From positions 86,339 to 150,338 of the forward strand of contig CAWBRQ010000003.1 in the NCBI GenBank assembly GCA_963791315.1: DNA of 64,000 nucleotides, in the 5' to 3' direction. The DNA is from an uncultured beta proteobacterium (GTDB lineage: Bacteria > Pseudomonadota > Gammaproteobacteria > Burkholderiales > Burkholderiaceae_F). Under the pieces are notes generated by a model. It was not told where the DNA came from. It was given only the letters and a program-made list of their open reading frames with translations, and did no database searches. This document shows, piece after piece, positions 30,175 through 37,484 of this stretch. How positions within the stretch are numbered: position 1 is the stretch's first letter; each line of letters opens with the position of its first letter. The translations under genes were made by a program, and so were the position numbers.

Positions 30175-30588
30175 ATGAAACACAGCATGATGTTTGCCGC
30201 GATCGCGGTCGTTACCCTGGCGGTTCACGCCAACCCGACGCAAATCTCCAACGGCGTTCTGGCCAGTAAGGAAGGCAAGACGCTTTACATGTTCGACAAG
30301 GATGCGTCAGGCAAAAGCAATTGCACCGGCGGTTGTGCCGCGGCATGGCCTCCGTTCGTGGTCGCAAACGCGGCGCTGGCGGACGGCGACTTTTCGATCG
30401 TCAAGCGCGATGACGGCACATCGCAATGGGCGTTCAAGGGCATGCCGCTGTATTTCTTCGCGGGTGATGCCAAAGCGGGCGACACTAACGGCGACAACCA
30501 AGGCGGCGTGTGGCACGTGCTGCGCGGCGAGTCGAAGAAGACATCGGCCGCACCGCATACCAGCTACAGCGCGGGCTACCGCTACTAA
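30175..30588 (+). CDS. Exported lipoprotein-like protein with duplicated Yx(F/W/Y)xxD motif (COG4315 / PF03640-like)
   Basis: It has a signal peptide and two repeats, GKTLYMFDKD and GMPLYFFAGD, separated by CTGGCAAAWPP. Confidence 0.75.
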   Translation: MKHSMMFAAIAVVTLAVHANPTQISNGVLASKEGKTLYMFDKDASGKSNCTGGCAAAWPPFVVANAALADGDFSIVKRDDGTSQWAFKGMPLYFFAGDAKAGDTNGDNQGGVWHVLRGESKKTSAAPHTSYSAGYRY

Positions 30589-30600
30589 CCGGTGGCAATC

Positions 30601-30627
30601 GCGTCCGACCTGTGAGGGGTCGGACGC
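30601..30627 (+). terminator. Stem-loop downstream of the lipoprotein gene (possible terminator, no U-tract)
   Basis: GCGTCCGACC-tgtgagg-GGTCGGACGC forms a perfect 10-bp stem 13 nt after the stop codon. Confidence 0.35.
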
Positions 30628-30734
30628 GCGTCGCGCTCACTGCCCGCAAGCGATACCTTCATGGAAAGGGCCGGCTAACGCTGGTGACCGAGCGGTAAGA
30701 TGTTCGCGGACCTTCACGAACTGTGCGGATCATC

Positions 30735-31718
30735 ATGTCAGACACATTGCGTCGCTTGCTTGATGCTGCAATCGCGATCGTCTTCGCGTCGGCAACCAGC
30801 TTCGCATCGGCGCAACCGTATCCGTCGAAGCCAATCAGATTGATCGTGCCACTGGCGCCCGGAAGCACCGCCGATATCGCCTCCCGCTTTACCGCAAACG
30901 AACTCGGCAAGGCACTCGGACAGAGCGTCGTAGTCGAAAATAAAACCGGTGCGGGCGGCACCATCGCGATGGCAGAGCTCGCGCGTTCTGCTCCCGACGG
31001 CTACACCATCGGCTTCGCGTCGCAAGGCACGCTCGTATTCAATCAGGGCATCTACGCCAAGCCGGGCTACGACTCAACGAAAGACTTCGCGCCAATCGCG
31101 CTACTCGGCGGCGTGTCGAACGTGATGATCGTTCATCCGACCAACAAGGCAAGCGCGCCATCGGACGTGATTGCCATCGCCAAGGCGAAACCGGGCGAAT
31201 TGACTTTCTCGTCAGGGGGCGCCGGCACCAGTCATCACTTGTCCGGCGTTTTATTCGGGCGCGTCACCGGTACCGAGCTCGTGCACGTGCCATACAAGGG
31301 CGCACCACAAGGCGTGCTGGCGGTAATGGCGAATGAAGTGACGATGGGATTTTTCAATACGCCGACGGTCATCAGCCAAATCAAGGACGGCAAGGTCAAG
31401 GCGCTGGGAGTAACCAGCCTTGCGCGCTCACCGTTGTTGCCGAATGTGCCGACGCTCGACGAGCAAGGCGTCAAGGGATACGAGGTCAACACCTGGTTTG
31501 GATTCGTCGCACCGGCCGGTACTCCACCCGAGGTCGTTAACCGCCTCAATACCGAGCTGAACAGGATTTTCGGCAGCGCTGAAGCAAAAGAAAAGCTGGC
31601 ACCGCAAGGGTTCGATCTATCGCCGCCCATTACACCAGCGGCATTCGGAAAACTCATTGCCGACGATATGACGCGCTGGGTGCCGATCGTCAAGGCATCC
31701 GGGGCAAAGGCGGACTGA
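30735..31718 (+). CDS. Bug/TctC-family tripartite tricarboxylate transporter substrate-binding protein
   Basis: It has a signal peptide followed by QPYPSKPIRLIVPLAPGSTADI and VVENKTGAGGTIA, the Bug hallmarks. Confidence 0.85.
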   Translation: MSDTLRRLLDAAIAIVFASATSFASAQPYPSKPIRLIVPLAPGSTADIASRFTANELGKALGQSVVVENKTGAGGTIAMAELARSAPDGYTIGFASQGTLVFNQGIYAKPGYDSTKDFAPIALLGGVSNVMIVHPTNKASAPSDVIAIAKAKPGELTFSSGGAGTSHHLSGVLFGRVTGTELVHVPYKGAPQGVLAVMANEVTMGFFNTPTVISQIKDGKVKALGVTSLARSPLLPNVPTLDEQGVKGYEVNTWFGFVAPAGTPPEVVNRLNTELNRIFGSAEAKEKLAPQGFDLSPPITPAAFGKLIADDMTRWVPIVKASGAKAD

Positions 31719-31851
31719 AGCCATAGCGCAACTTGCCGCGAGCTGATTTCTGGCAGCAAATTGGAACCGCGCGAACGCCATTGAACATAGCGAATCTACT
31801 AACTGAGTCGCGATTGACATCGTGTGTTATCCGGCGCATCGTGCCTCGGCC

Positions 31852-32352
31852 ATGGACGCACGCCCGGTCTCGATAGCCCTCGTTGCAGCGACGCTAGCCG
31901 TCGCTCCGCACGCCGCAATGTCCGAAATCTACAAGTGGACCGAGGCGGACGGCGTGGTGCATTACAGCAACACGCCTCCACCGAAGTCGAAAAACGGGCG
32001 TCAGGTCGGAAATGAATCGGGCACCCTCAGCGTCGTACCCGGCATGTCGAAGGAGGAAAAGGACCGGTTGCGCGAACGCGAGGATCAGCTGCGTCTGCAG
32101 CGCCTTGAACGCGAAGTCGAGGAGCTGCGTGCCCGTGAATTGGCACGCGAACACGCTCAACCGGAGGTCATTTACACCGACGTATATGTACCGGCGTACG
32201 GGTACGGGCGACCGTTGCATAGGCGCAATACTGATGATGTGAAGCCGCGCCCGGAACAGCCGATCGCCAAACCCAGACCGCCTCAGCGAACGCCGCCTAT
32301 GGAGGATCTAAGCGCCCCTCGTTCACCCACTGGAGCCCTAAGCCGGCGCTAG
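31852..32352 (+). CDS. DUF4124 domain-containing exported protein
   Basis: It has a signal peptide followed by IYKWTEADGVVHYSNTPPP (the DUF4124 signature), a coiled-coil segment (EEKDRLREREDQLRLQRLEREVEELRARE) and a Pro-rich tail. Confidence 0.7.
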   Translation: MDARPVSIALVAATLAVAPHAAMSEIYKWTEADGVVHYSNTPPPKSKNGRQVGNESGTLSVVPGMSKEEKDRLREREDQLRLQRLEREVEELRARELAREHAQPEVIYTDVYVPAYGYGRPLHRRNTDDVKPRPEQPIAKPRPPQRTPPMEDLSAPRSPTGALSRR

Positions 32353-32395
32353 TTTGGATAGCGAGCGGTCGGGCCGCGCACCTCGCGAGGACACC

Positions 32396-32788
32396 GTGAA
32401 CAAACTTCTCTTTGCCATTGCGCTTGCAGCTCTCGCAGTACCCGTCAGCTTTGCGGGCATGTACGACCAGCCGTATGCCATCGTCGAATCAGGCGACGCA
32501 TCGGAGGTGCGGAATGAGGCGCGCCTTGCGATCAGCAAGGTGGATGGTAAGAGCACGCGCAACCCGCGTAAGAGCGATCCGATCGCGCCCGGCAAGCACA
32601 GCATCACGTTGCACTTCGAGAGCGCGCGGGGACTCTTCCGCCCTGCGTCTCTCGACGTCGAGATCGACCTGCAAGCCTGCACGCGCTACCGCATCGTGGC
32701 GAACTACGAGAATAAGACGGGAGGAGATTGGAAACCGAAGGTCTATTCCGAGTCGATCGGCGAATGCGTCAGGAAATTCAAGAAGTGA
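32396..32788 (+). CDS. Exported hypothetical protein
   Basis: It starts at a GTG with VNKLLFAIALAALAVPVSFA (signal peptide). The coding look is plausible, but no family was recognised. Confidence 0.5.
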   Translation: MNKLLFAIALAALAVPVSFAGMYDQPYAIVESGDASEVRNEARLAISKVDGKSTRNPRKSDPIAPGKHSITLHFESARGLFRPASLDVEIDLQACTRYRIVANYENKTGGDWKPKVYSESIGECVRKFKK

Positions 32789-32812
32789 GATGCAGCGCAC
32801 GCCGCTCTCAAA

Positions 32813-33022
32813 CTAAATCTCCGGCTTCGCGTCCCATTTGGGCTTGGTCTCGCGGCCCCACTTTTTTGGGTCCTCGTTGTGCATCTTCTCCATGGCCTTT
32901 GCAGTATCGGGATGCCTCTCCATTACGTGCTTGGTCATGGTCTTGACCATTTCATCCCAGGTTGGCGCTGATAGCTTTTGATCGCAAGGTCCACCAAGTT
33001 CGCGGCAGCTCATAACCTTCAT
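32813..33022 (-). CDS. DUF1059-like small protein
   Basis: MKVMSCRELGGPCDQKLSAPTWDEMVKTMTKHVMERHPD resembles the DUF1059 pattern (MK..C.D.G..C). Confidence 0.55.
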   Translation of the reverse strand: MKVMSCRELGGPCDQKLSAPTWDEMVKTMTKHVMERHPDTAKAMEKMHNEDPKKWGRETKPKWDAKPEI

Positions 33023-33175
33023 CGGAACGCTCCATTTCCCGTGAATGAGACAGCGTTGCCGCAATCGACGTGCCCAAGTACAGCCAAGTGCCAGCGCGAC
33101 TCAGTTGCCGAAAATGGCACTGGACGTGCGTCAACGTCTCGAATCTGCGGTTGCGGTTTTTCTCGGATTTGTTAG

Positions 33176-33195
33176 TACTGTAGATATATACAGTA
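33176..33195. promoter_or_regulatory. LexA (SOS) box
   Basis: TACTGTAGATATATACAGTA has CTGT-N8-ACAG and differs at one position from the E. coli-type consensus TACTGTATATATATACAGTA. It sits in a 288-bp AT-richer non-coding gap between the DUF1059 gene and the first cassette. Confidence 0.65.
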
Positions 33196-33229
33196 TTCAG
33201 CCCGAAAGCCAGTACTCATGCGGCTTGGC

Positions 33230-33305
33230 GACGAACGGGCGGTCCGTGTTAAACCGCACCCGCCACATTAAGGAGCAGAATGGTGCGGTCTAAAACACGT
33301 TAGAG
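33230..33305 (+). other. attI-like / degenerate attC region ending in a GTTAGAG core
   Basis: An imperfect inverted repeat, GTGTTAAACCGCACC (33247-33261) / GGTGCGGTCTAAAACAC (33281-33297), is immediately followed by GTTAGAG (33299-33305, GTTRRRY-type). The left part, AACGGGCGGTC, resembles the type-B attC left arm. Confidence 0.3.
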
Positions 33306-33310
33306 CGCAA

Positions 33311-33697
33311 ATGGAACGCGCCATTGAATTGGTCAACTCGGGAGTTGGGCACGTTGCTCAGTTGACTGCGCTCTTGGCGAGCCTAAAGGCGCACGACATC
33401 GCGTTGTTCGAGCATGCAATATTTAATGCTGGGTTTTGGGAGCTTTGTGCTAGTTGTGGGACGCGCTCACGATCGATGAAATTCTCGTGGGACGGACGTG
33501 AGTTCTCCCTCGATGTGAGTCGAAGCGGTGTTGGCAATTTGAGCGCTACTCCGAAGTGGCAGCATGTCGCTAACACCACGGTTGCAAATGGCGAAGGCCT
33601 TTTCGAACAATACTGTCTCGCACGAGGAGAGAATTTGCGATCTAACATGTCGTTGGAGAGCCGACGCTCTACGAGCGCGGCTCAACTCAGACGTTAG
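33311..33697 (+). CDS. Cassette 1 ORF, hypothetical protein
   Basis: 128 aa. Its 3' end runs into attC1, as is common for cassette ORFs. No family was recognised. Confidence 0.5.
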   Translation: MERAIELVNSGVGHVAQLTALLASLKAHDIALFEHAIFNAGFWELCASCGTRSRSMKFSWDGREFSLDVSRSGVGNLSATPKWQHVANTTVANGEGLFEQYCLARGENLRSNMSLESRRSTSAAQLRR

Positions 33698-33699
33698 GC
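33640..33699 (+). repeat. attC site 1 (60 bp, classical short type)
   Basis: The sequence is ATCTAAC-ATGTC-GTTGGAGAGCCG...CGGCTCAACTC-AGAC-GTTAGGC. The R''/L''/L'/R' layout closely parallels textbook short attC sites. Confidence 0.8.
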
Positions 33700-33764
33700 C
33701 CCACCGACAACCACCGAGAGTGGGGTTCCAGCTCTCCCACACCTCAAGGCGAAGGAGAATTCGA

Positions 33765-34462
33765 ATGACTCAGGTTCCGCGACACTCGTCCGCATTTGCA
33801 TTGCTACTGGCAGGGCTCCTGATTACGGCACCAACTGGAGCGCTCACGCTCAAAGCACAGAAATCTTCGCGCCGACGACTGGTAGCGGACCTGGCGTGCT
33901 TTTGATCTCCGGGGTTTCCGGAACCGCCCTATACCAAGATTTCGGTCGGGCCGTTGCCGACTTGGGTTACACGGCGATCCTGGTGAGCGGAAAGGACGTA
34001 TCGAACCAACCAGGCGAGGCAACTGAAAACTTACGGAAGATACTTGCCACAATCCGCTCGGACTCAAGAGTGAAGCCTGGAAAGATCGCGGTCGTAGGCT
34101 TCTCGCTGGGCGGTGGAGGAGCACTACTCCACGCATCAAACGAACCCGAACTTTTTTCCGCCGTGGCCGCCTACTATCCCGCTGTGACTCGTTTGCCGAG
34201 CATCGCTGATACAGCAACGCGAGTGACTGTCCCGACGCTGATACTCGCCGGAGAGAAAGACAAATTCAATAACTGCTGCCTCATCGAGTCCATCCGCGAG
34301 TTCGAGGCGGCGGCCAAGGCAGGCGGACGGCCGGTAACGGTCGTCACATATCCGGAAGCTGAACACGCATTCAACCTTAAGGTGCCAATGTTCAGGCCCG
34401 ACGATGCGGCAGACGCGTGGCAAAGAGTGCAAGAGTTCTTGGTCAAATTCCGTCCAAAGTGA
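33765..34462 (+). pseudogene. Cassette 2: exported alpha/beta hydrolase (dienelactone hydrolase family), frameshifted at an A-run
   Basis: AAGGAG precedes an ATG at 33765 that opens a signal peptide, MTQVPRHSSAFALLLAGLLITAPTGALT. The enzyme body (EIFAPTTGSGPGVLLISGVSG ... VVGFSLGGGGAL ... EHAF) is one frame over (ORF 33896..34462). Adding one A to the AAA at 33861-33863 joins the two. Confidence 0.7.
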
Positions 34463-34463
34463 G

Positions 34464-34539
34464 GCCTAACCCCTCCATCGAGCGGACGTCCCCAGGCGGC
34501 TTCGCGCCCTTGGCCCGCCGCTCACGTCGGACGTTAGGC
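34464..34539 (+). repeat. attC site 2 (type A, 76 bp)
   Basis: GCCTAACCCCTCCATCGAGCGGACGTC...CCGCCGCTCACGTCGGACGTTAGGC. The flanks are conserved with attC4-6, and the centre is self-complementary. Confidence 0.85.
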
Positions 34540-34554
34540 CGCAGGCCATTCGCC

Positions 34555-35004
34555 ATGCGACTGTGGACGCTTCAGCCGCCAAGTACCTTGACGCGCAGGG
34601 CGTGGTCACGCTTTGGCGCGAGGCGCTACTCGCCCGCGAGGTGCTTCGTGGGCGCACCTATGGTTATCGCCAGACACCCGCAATTGATGCGGTTTCGGTC
34701 TTGTGCTTCGCCTCGCTCTGCGATCGAACCGATATCTTGCGCTTGTCTACGCCGAAGCTCGCTCTCGCGGCTACGCGTTCGATCAATCCAAGCTTGGCCG
34801 CCTGGGATCCGGACAACGCATTCTCGTCGCCGACGGACAATTGCAATACGAATGGGCTTGGCTTCTGAGTAAGTTCGGCGGCGCAGTCGCTTCTGTTCAT
34901 CGTCGTCACCTCGGTGTTTCCCATCCTGTGGCGCATTGCCACTGTTTCGATCACACCGGGTCCGATTGCCAGTGCGGCAGCATGTGCATGACGCTGCAGC
35001 CTAA
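34555..35004 (+). pseudogene. Cassette 3: pyrimidine-dimer DNA glycosylase family (T4 endonuclease V-like, Pyr_excise) remnant in at least 3 frames
   Basis: MRLWTLQP (frame of ORF 34417..34872) is followed by KYLDAQGVVTLWREALLAREVLRGRTYGYR (ORF 34563..34868). Then comes HPQLMRFR (first frame again), then YLALVYAEARSRGYAFDQSK...ILVADGQLQYEWAWLLSK (ORF 34703..35131). The 3' end is uncertain. Confidence 0.65.
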
Positions 35005-35078
35005 CCGGGCGGTCAACACGGACGCCGACCGGTGGGGCTGCGCACGCGGTCGGCCGCCGGTTACCTTACTCGTTAGGC
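34999..35078 (+). repeat. attC site 3 (type B, 80 bp)
   Basis: GCCTAACCGGGCGGTCAACACGGACGCC...GCCGCCGGTTACCTTACTCGTTAGGC. Its arms are shared with attC7. Confidence 0.8.
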
Positions 35079-35139
35079 GTCACCCTCGTTCGACGGGTCA
35101 CACAGACTCAAATGAGTTCTCTTGGCGCTAGGAGACGAT

Positions 35140-35517
35140 ATGACAGCCGAGTTCTTTGAAGAGAACAATCCGGGCACACGAACATTGCCGCGCTCACTGG
35201 TGACGAAGGCAGGCGGCTTGGTATTCGTTGGCGGCCAGGTAGCTAGAGACGAAAGCGGCGATGTCATCGCAGGCGGCATTGAAGCCCATACGCGTCAAAC
35301 GATGAAAAATGTCGCCGCCGCGCTCGCATTGGCCGGTTGCAGGCTCGAGGACGTGGTGAAGACCATGGTCTGGCTCGACGACGCACGCGATTTCGATGCG
35401 TTCAATCGCACTTACAGCGAGTTCTTCCCTGGAAACAAGCCAACGCGCTCGACAATACAGGCGAAGAACATGGTCGGCACCAAGGTCGAGATCGAGGTCA
35501 TTGCCTATAAGCCATGA
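35140..35517 (+). CDS. Cassette 4: RidA/YjgF/TdcF family protein
   Basis: AGGAGA precedes the ATG at 35140. The sequence is AGGLVFVGGQVARDESGDV...TRQTMKNVAAALALAGCRLEDVVKTMVWL...PTRSTIQA...VEIEVIA. Confidence 0.85.
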   Translation: MTAEFFEENNPGTRTLPRSLVTKAGGLVFVGGQVARDESGDVIAGGIEAHTRQTMKNVAAALALAGCRLEDVVKTMVWLDDARDFDAFNRTYSEFFPGNKPTRSTIQAKNMVGTKVEIEVIAYKP

Positions 35518-35578
35518 CGCCGATGGCAATCTCGTCTTCATGCGTGTTCAAAACGTCGCGCCTACTTTGTGCGGCGAC

Positions 35579-35656
35579 GCCTAACCCTTCCATCGAGCGG
35601 ACGTCCTCCGGCAAGCTGCGCTTGCCTGCGGCCGCCGCTCATGTCAAACGTTAGAC
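35579..35656 (+). repeat. attC site 4 (type A, 78 bp)
   Basis: GCCTAACCCTTCCATCGAGCGGACGTC-CTCCGGCAAGCTGCGCTTGCCTGCGG-CCGCCGCTCATGTCAAACGTTAGAC. Confidence 0.85.
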
Positions 35657-35702
35657 GCCACCACATCCCCACACTCTGATCGTCCAGTCGAAAGGTCAGC
35701 AA

Positions 35703-36073
35703 TTGAACAATGCAACCCAAATCATCTACCCAGCGCCATGTTCGTACACGGTCGCAGACGCTAGCAAATGGTTCATCGCATCTGTGAAGCTGATACCAGA
35801 CGCGGTCGCAAGCGTATTCGACAACAGGAGCGGCTACAAGAAGCCTGGAGCCTTAAGAGTCAACTGCGACTCGGGGCTGCTCTATCGCTCTACGATCAAG
35901 AACTAGTTCAGGAGTTCTTTGCCGTGTTCCCACTCCCATCAATGTCCGAACTCCTTGAAGGGGTCCGGTCGGGTGGGCTTGATACGACGTCTGCCCAGTC
36001 TGCCATCAATGCACTCTGCACGTTCACCGAGAGGCAAACAAGAGCATTCCCGGGCACCGTGGTGAAGCCATAG
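35703..36073 (+). pseudogene. Cassette 5: hypothetical protein, apparently split between two frames near 35885-35905
   Basis: ORF 35703..35906 (MNNATQIIYPAPCSYTVADASKWFIASVKLIPD...) looks coding and stops at 35906. The second half of ORF 35768..36073 (DQELVQEFFAVFPLPSMSELLEGVRSGGLDTTSAQSAINALC...) also looks coding, but its first half is Arg-rich. Confidence 0.4.
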
Positions 36074-36191
36074 GTCTGGAATTGCGAAACGTGAATGGGC
36101 AGAACTTTGTTATGACCGAGAATGGTTGGCAGCCTATGGATTCGAACTAAGCACTTCTCAAAGTGTTCTCGACGAGCGCTTCTGCAGTGGC

Positions 36192-36269
36192 GCCTAACCT
36201 CTCCATCGAGCGGACGTGCCAAGGGCCGCTTCGCGCCCCTTGCCCCGCCGCTCATGTCGTACGTTAGGC
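36192..36269 (+). repeat. attC site 5 (type A, 78 bp)
   Basis: GCCTAACCTCTCCATCGAGCGGACGTG-CCAAGGGCCGCTTCGCGCCCCTTGCC-CCGCCGCTCATGTCGTACGTTAGGC. Confidence 0.85.
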
Positions 36270-36310
36270 GTCAGAAGTCGCAGCACTTGGCGAAGAAGCG
36301 GGGCAGCATC

Positions 36311-36808
36311 ATGCTTACTGCACTTAGGAGATTCGGTATGCGCGCTTTGCTCACTCTTCTGGCAGCAATGCTGCTCTGTCCGCTAGTGCATGCAAATGAC
36401 GCGACAAAGGTCGTCGGCACATGGAAGCTGGTGTCGTTTGTCAATGAGTTCCAGGACGGGTCAGAGGCTAAAGGCGCCTACGGGAATCGTCCTACCGGTT
36501 ACGTCATCTTTACGCCTGAGGGACGCGTGATGTTTATGGTCGAAGCGGAAGGCCGCAAAGCGCCTGAGAACGACGAGCAGCGGGCCGCAGCGTTTCGTAC
36601 CATCATCGCCTACACCGGGCTGTACAAATTTGAAGGGGACAAGTTCATTACGAAAGTCGACGTCTCTTGGAATCCGAGTTGGGTTGGGACAGAGCAAGTC
36701 CGCGACTACAAACTCGACGGTGACACCTTCAAAGTGATCTCGCCTTGGGTCATGAGCCCAAACCTAGGCAAGATGACTCGAGCCACCGTCACCTGGGAAC
36801 GAAAGTAG
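36311..36808 (+). CDS. Cassette 6: exported lipocalin-like domain protein (PF13924-like)
   Basis: It has a signal peptide (MRALLTLLAAMLLCPLVHA) followed by VVGTWKLVSFVNEFQDGSEAKGAYGNRPTGYVIFTPEGRVMFM. The upstream part of ORF 36122..36808 crosses attC5 and is rejected. Confidence 0.7.
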   Translation: MLTALRRFGMRALLTLLAAMLLCPLVHANDATKVVGTWKLVSFVNEFQDGSEAKGAYGNRPTGYVIFTPEGRVMFMVEAEGRKAPENDEQRAAAFRTIIAYTGLYKFEGDKFITKVDVSWNPSWVGTEQVRDYKLDGDTFKVISPWVMSPNLGKMTRATVTWERK

Positions 36809-36838
36809 GCGTCCTCATCCAGCCCGATCGAAGCTGAC

Positions 36839-36916
36839 GCCTAACCTCTCCATCGAGCGGACGTCCCAAAGGCCGCTTCGCGCCCTTTGGCCCGCCGCTC
36901 ATGTCGAACGTTAGGC
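36839..36916 (+). repeat. attC site 6 (type A, 78 bp)
   Basis: GCCTAACCTCTCCATCGAGCGGACGTC-CCAAAGGCCGCTTCGCGCCCTTTGG-CCCGCCGCTCATGTCGAACGTTAGGC. Confidence 0.85.
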
Positions 36917-36971
36917 GGCCCGTTAACTCGGGGCTACACCGTTGAAGCGTTCATACGTACCGGAGATCTAA

Positions 36972-37463
36972 ATGAGACTACTCACTGCCTTACTAATCTT
37001 CGCGTTGACGGTCCCACTCGGCGCTCAGCCATTACCCGATGAAATCGCGATTCGCAACATTATCGAAGACGAGAACGCTACGTGGAACAACGGCGATGCG
37101 GTTGGCTACTCGCGCCACTTCGCCGAGGCGGGCACGTTTACGAACATCCGAGGTCAATTTTTCACCGGACATGCGGCGTTCCTCAAGCAACATGAAGTGA
37201 TCTTGGAAGGCATATTCAAGAATACGACGGTGAGCCAAGACATCGTCTCACTCAAATTCATCCGGCCTGATATCGCGATCGTCGAGACGCTGACAGCGGT
37301 CGCCGGCATCGCCCAGAGCGCTCCCGGCGTAACGAGAGATGACAAAGGGCGACTCCGCACACGACTTCTGCAGGTTCTCGCTAAGGAGGACGGAGTGTGG
37401 AAGATCGTCTCATATCACAATGTAGACGTGAAGCCGGGAATCCCGGTCCCTGATCCAAGATGA
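36972..37463 (+). CDS. Cassette 7: exported SnoaL-like / DUF4440 (SgcJ/EcaC-type) protein
   Basis: It has a signal peptide followed by IRNIIEDENATWNNGDAVGYSRHFAEAGTFTNIRG ... LQVLAKEDGVWKIVSYHN, the NTF2-like fold pattern. Confidence 0.75.
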   Translation: MRLLTALLIFALTVPLGAQPLPDEIAIRNIIEDENATWNNGDAVGYSRHFAEAGTFTNIRGQFFTGHAAFLKQHEVILEGIFKNTTVSQDIVSLKFIRPDIAIVETLTAVAGIAQSAPGVTRDDKGRLRTRLLQVLAKEDGVWKIVSYHNVDVKPGIPVPDPR

Positions 37464-37484
37464 TGTTTCTTCAAACGGCGGGCC

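Noticed and set aside
32789-33310. A search for an intI remnant to the left of the cassette array
   Set aside because: No frame on either strand shows tyrosine-recombinase-like sequence. ORF 32952..33134 (minus strand) has no recognisable motifs. Only the LexA box and the attI-like core remain.
36130-36155. A GGATTCGAAC string (reverse complement of the tRNA T-loop GTTCGAATCC) suggesting a tRNA or tRNA fragment
   Set aside because: The flanking bases do not form a T-stem, and no acceptor or anticodon arms can be drawn. It is most likely a chance match inside the cassette 5 3' region.
35908-36255. A 115-aa minus-strand ORF in cassette 5
   Set aside because: It starts inside attC5 and runs antisense to the cassette orientation. 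It is Arg-rich at its N-terminus, with no RBS or motif.
36122-36310. An N-terminal extension of the lipocalin-like ORF
   Set aside because: The extension reads through attC5 (36192-36269). The signal peptide begins at the internal ATG at 36311 or 36338.
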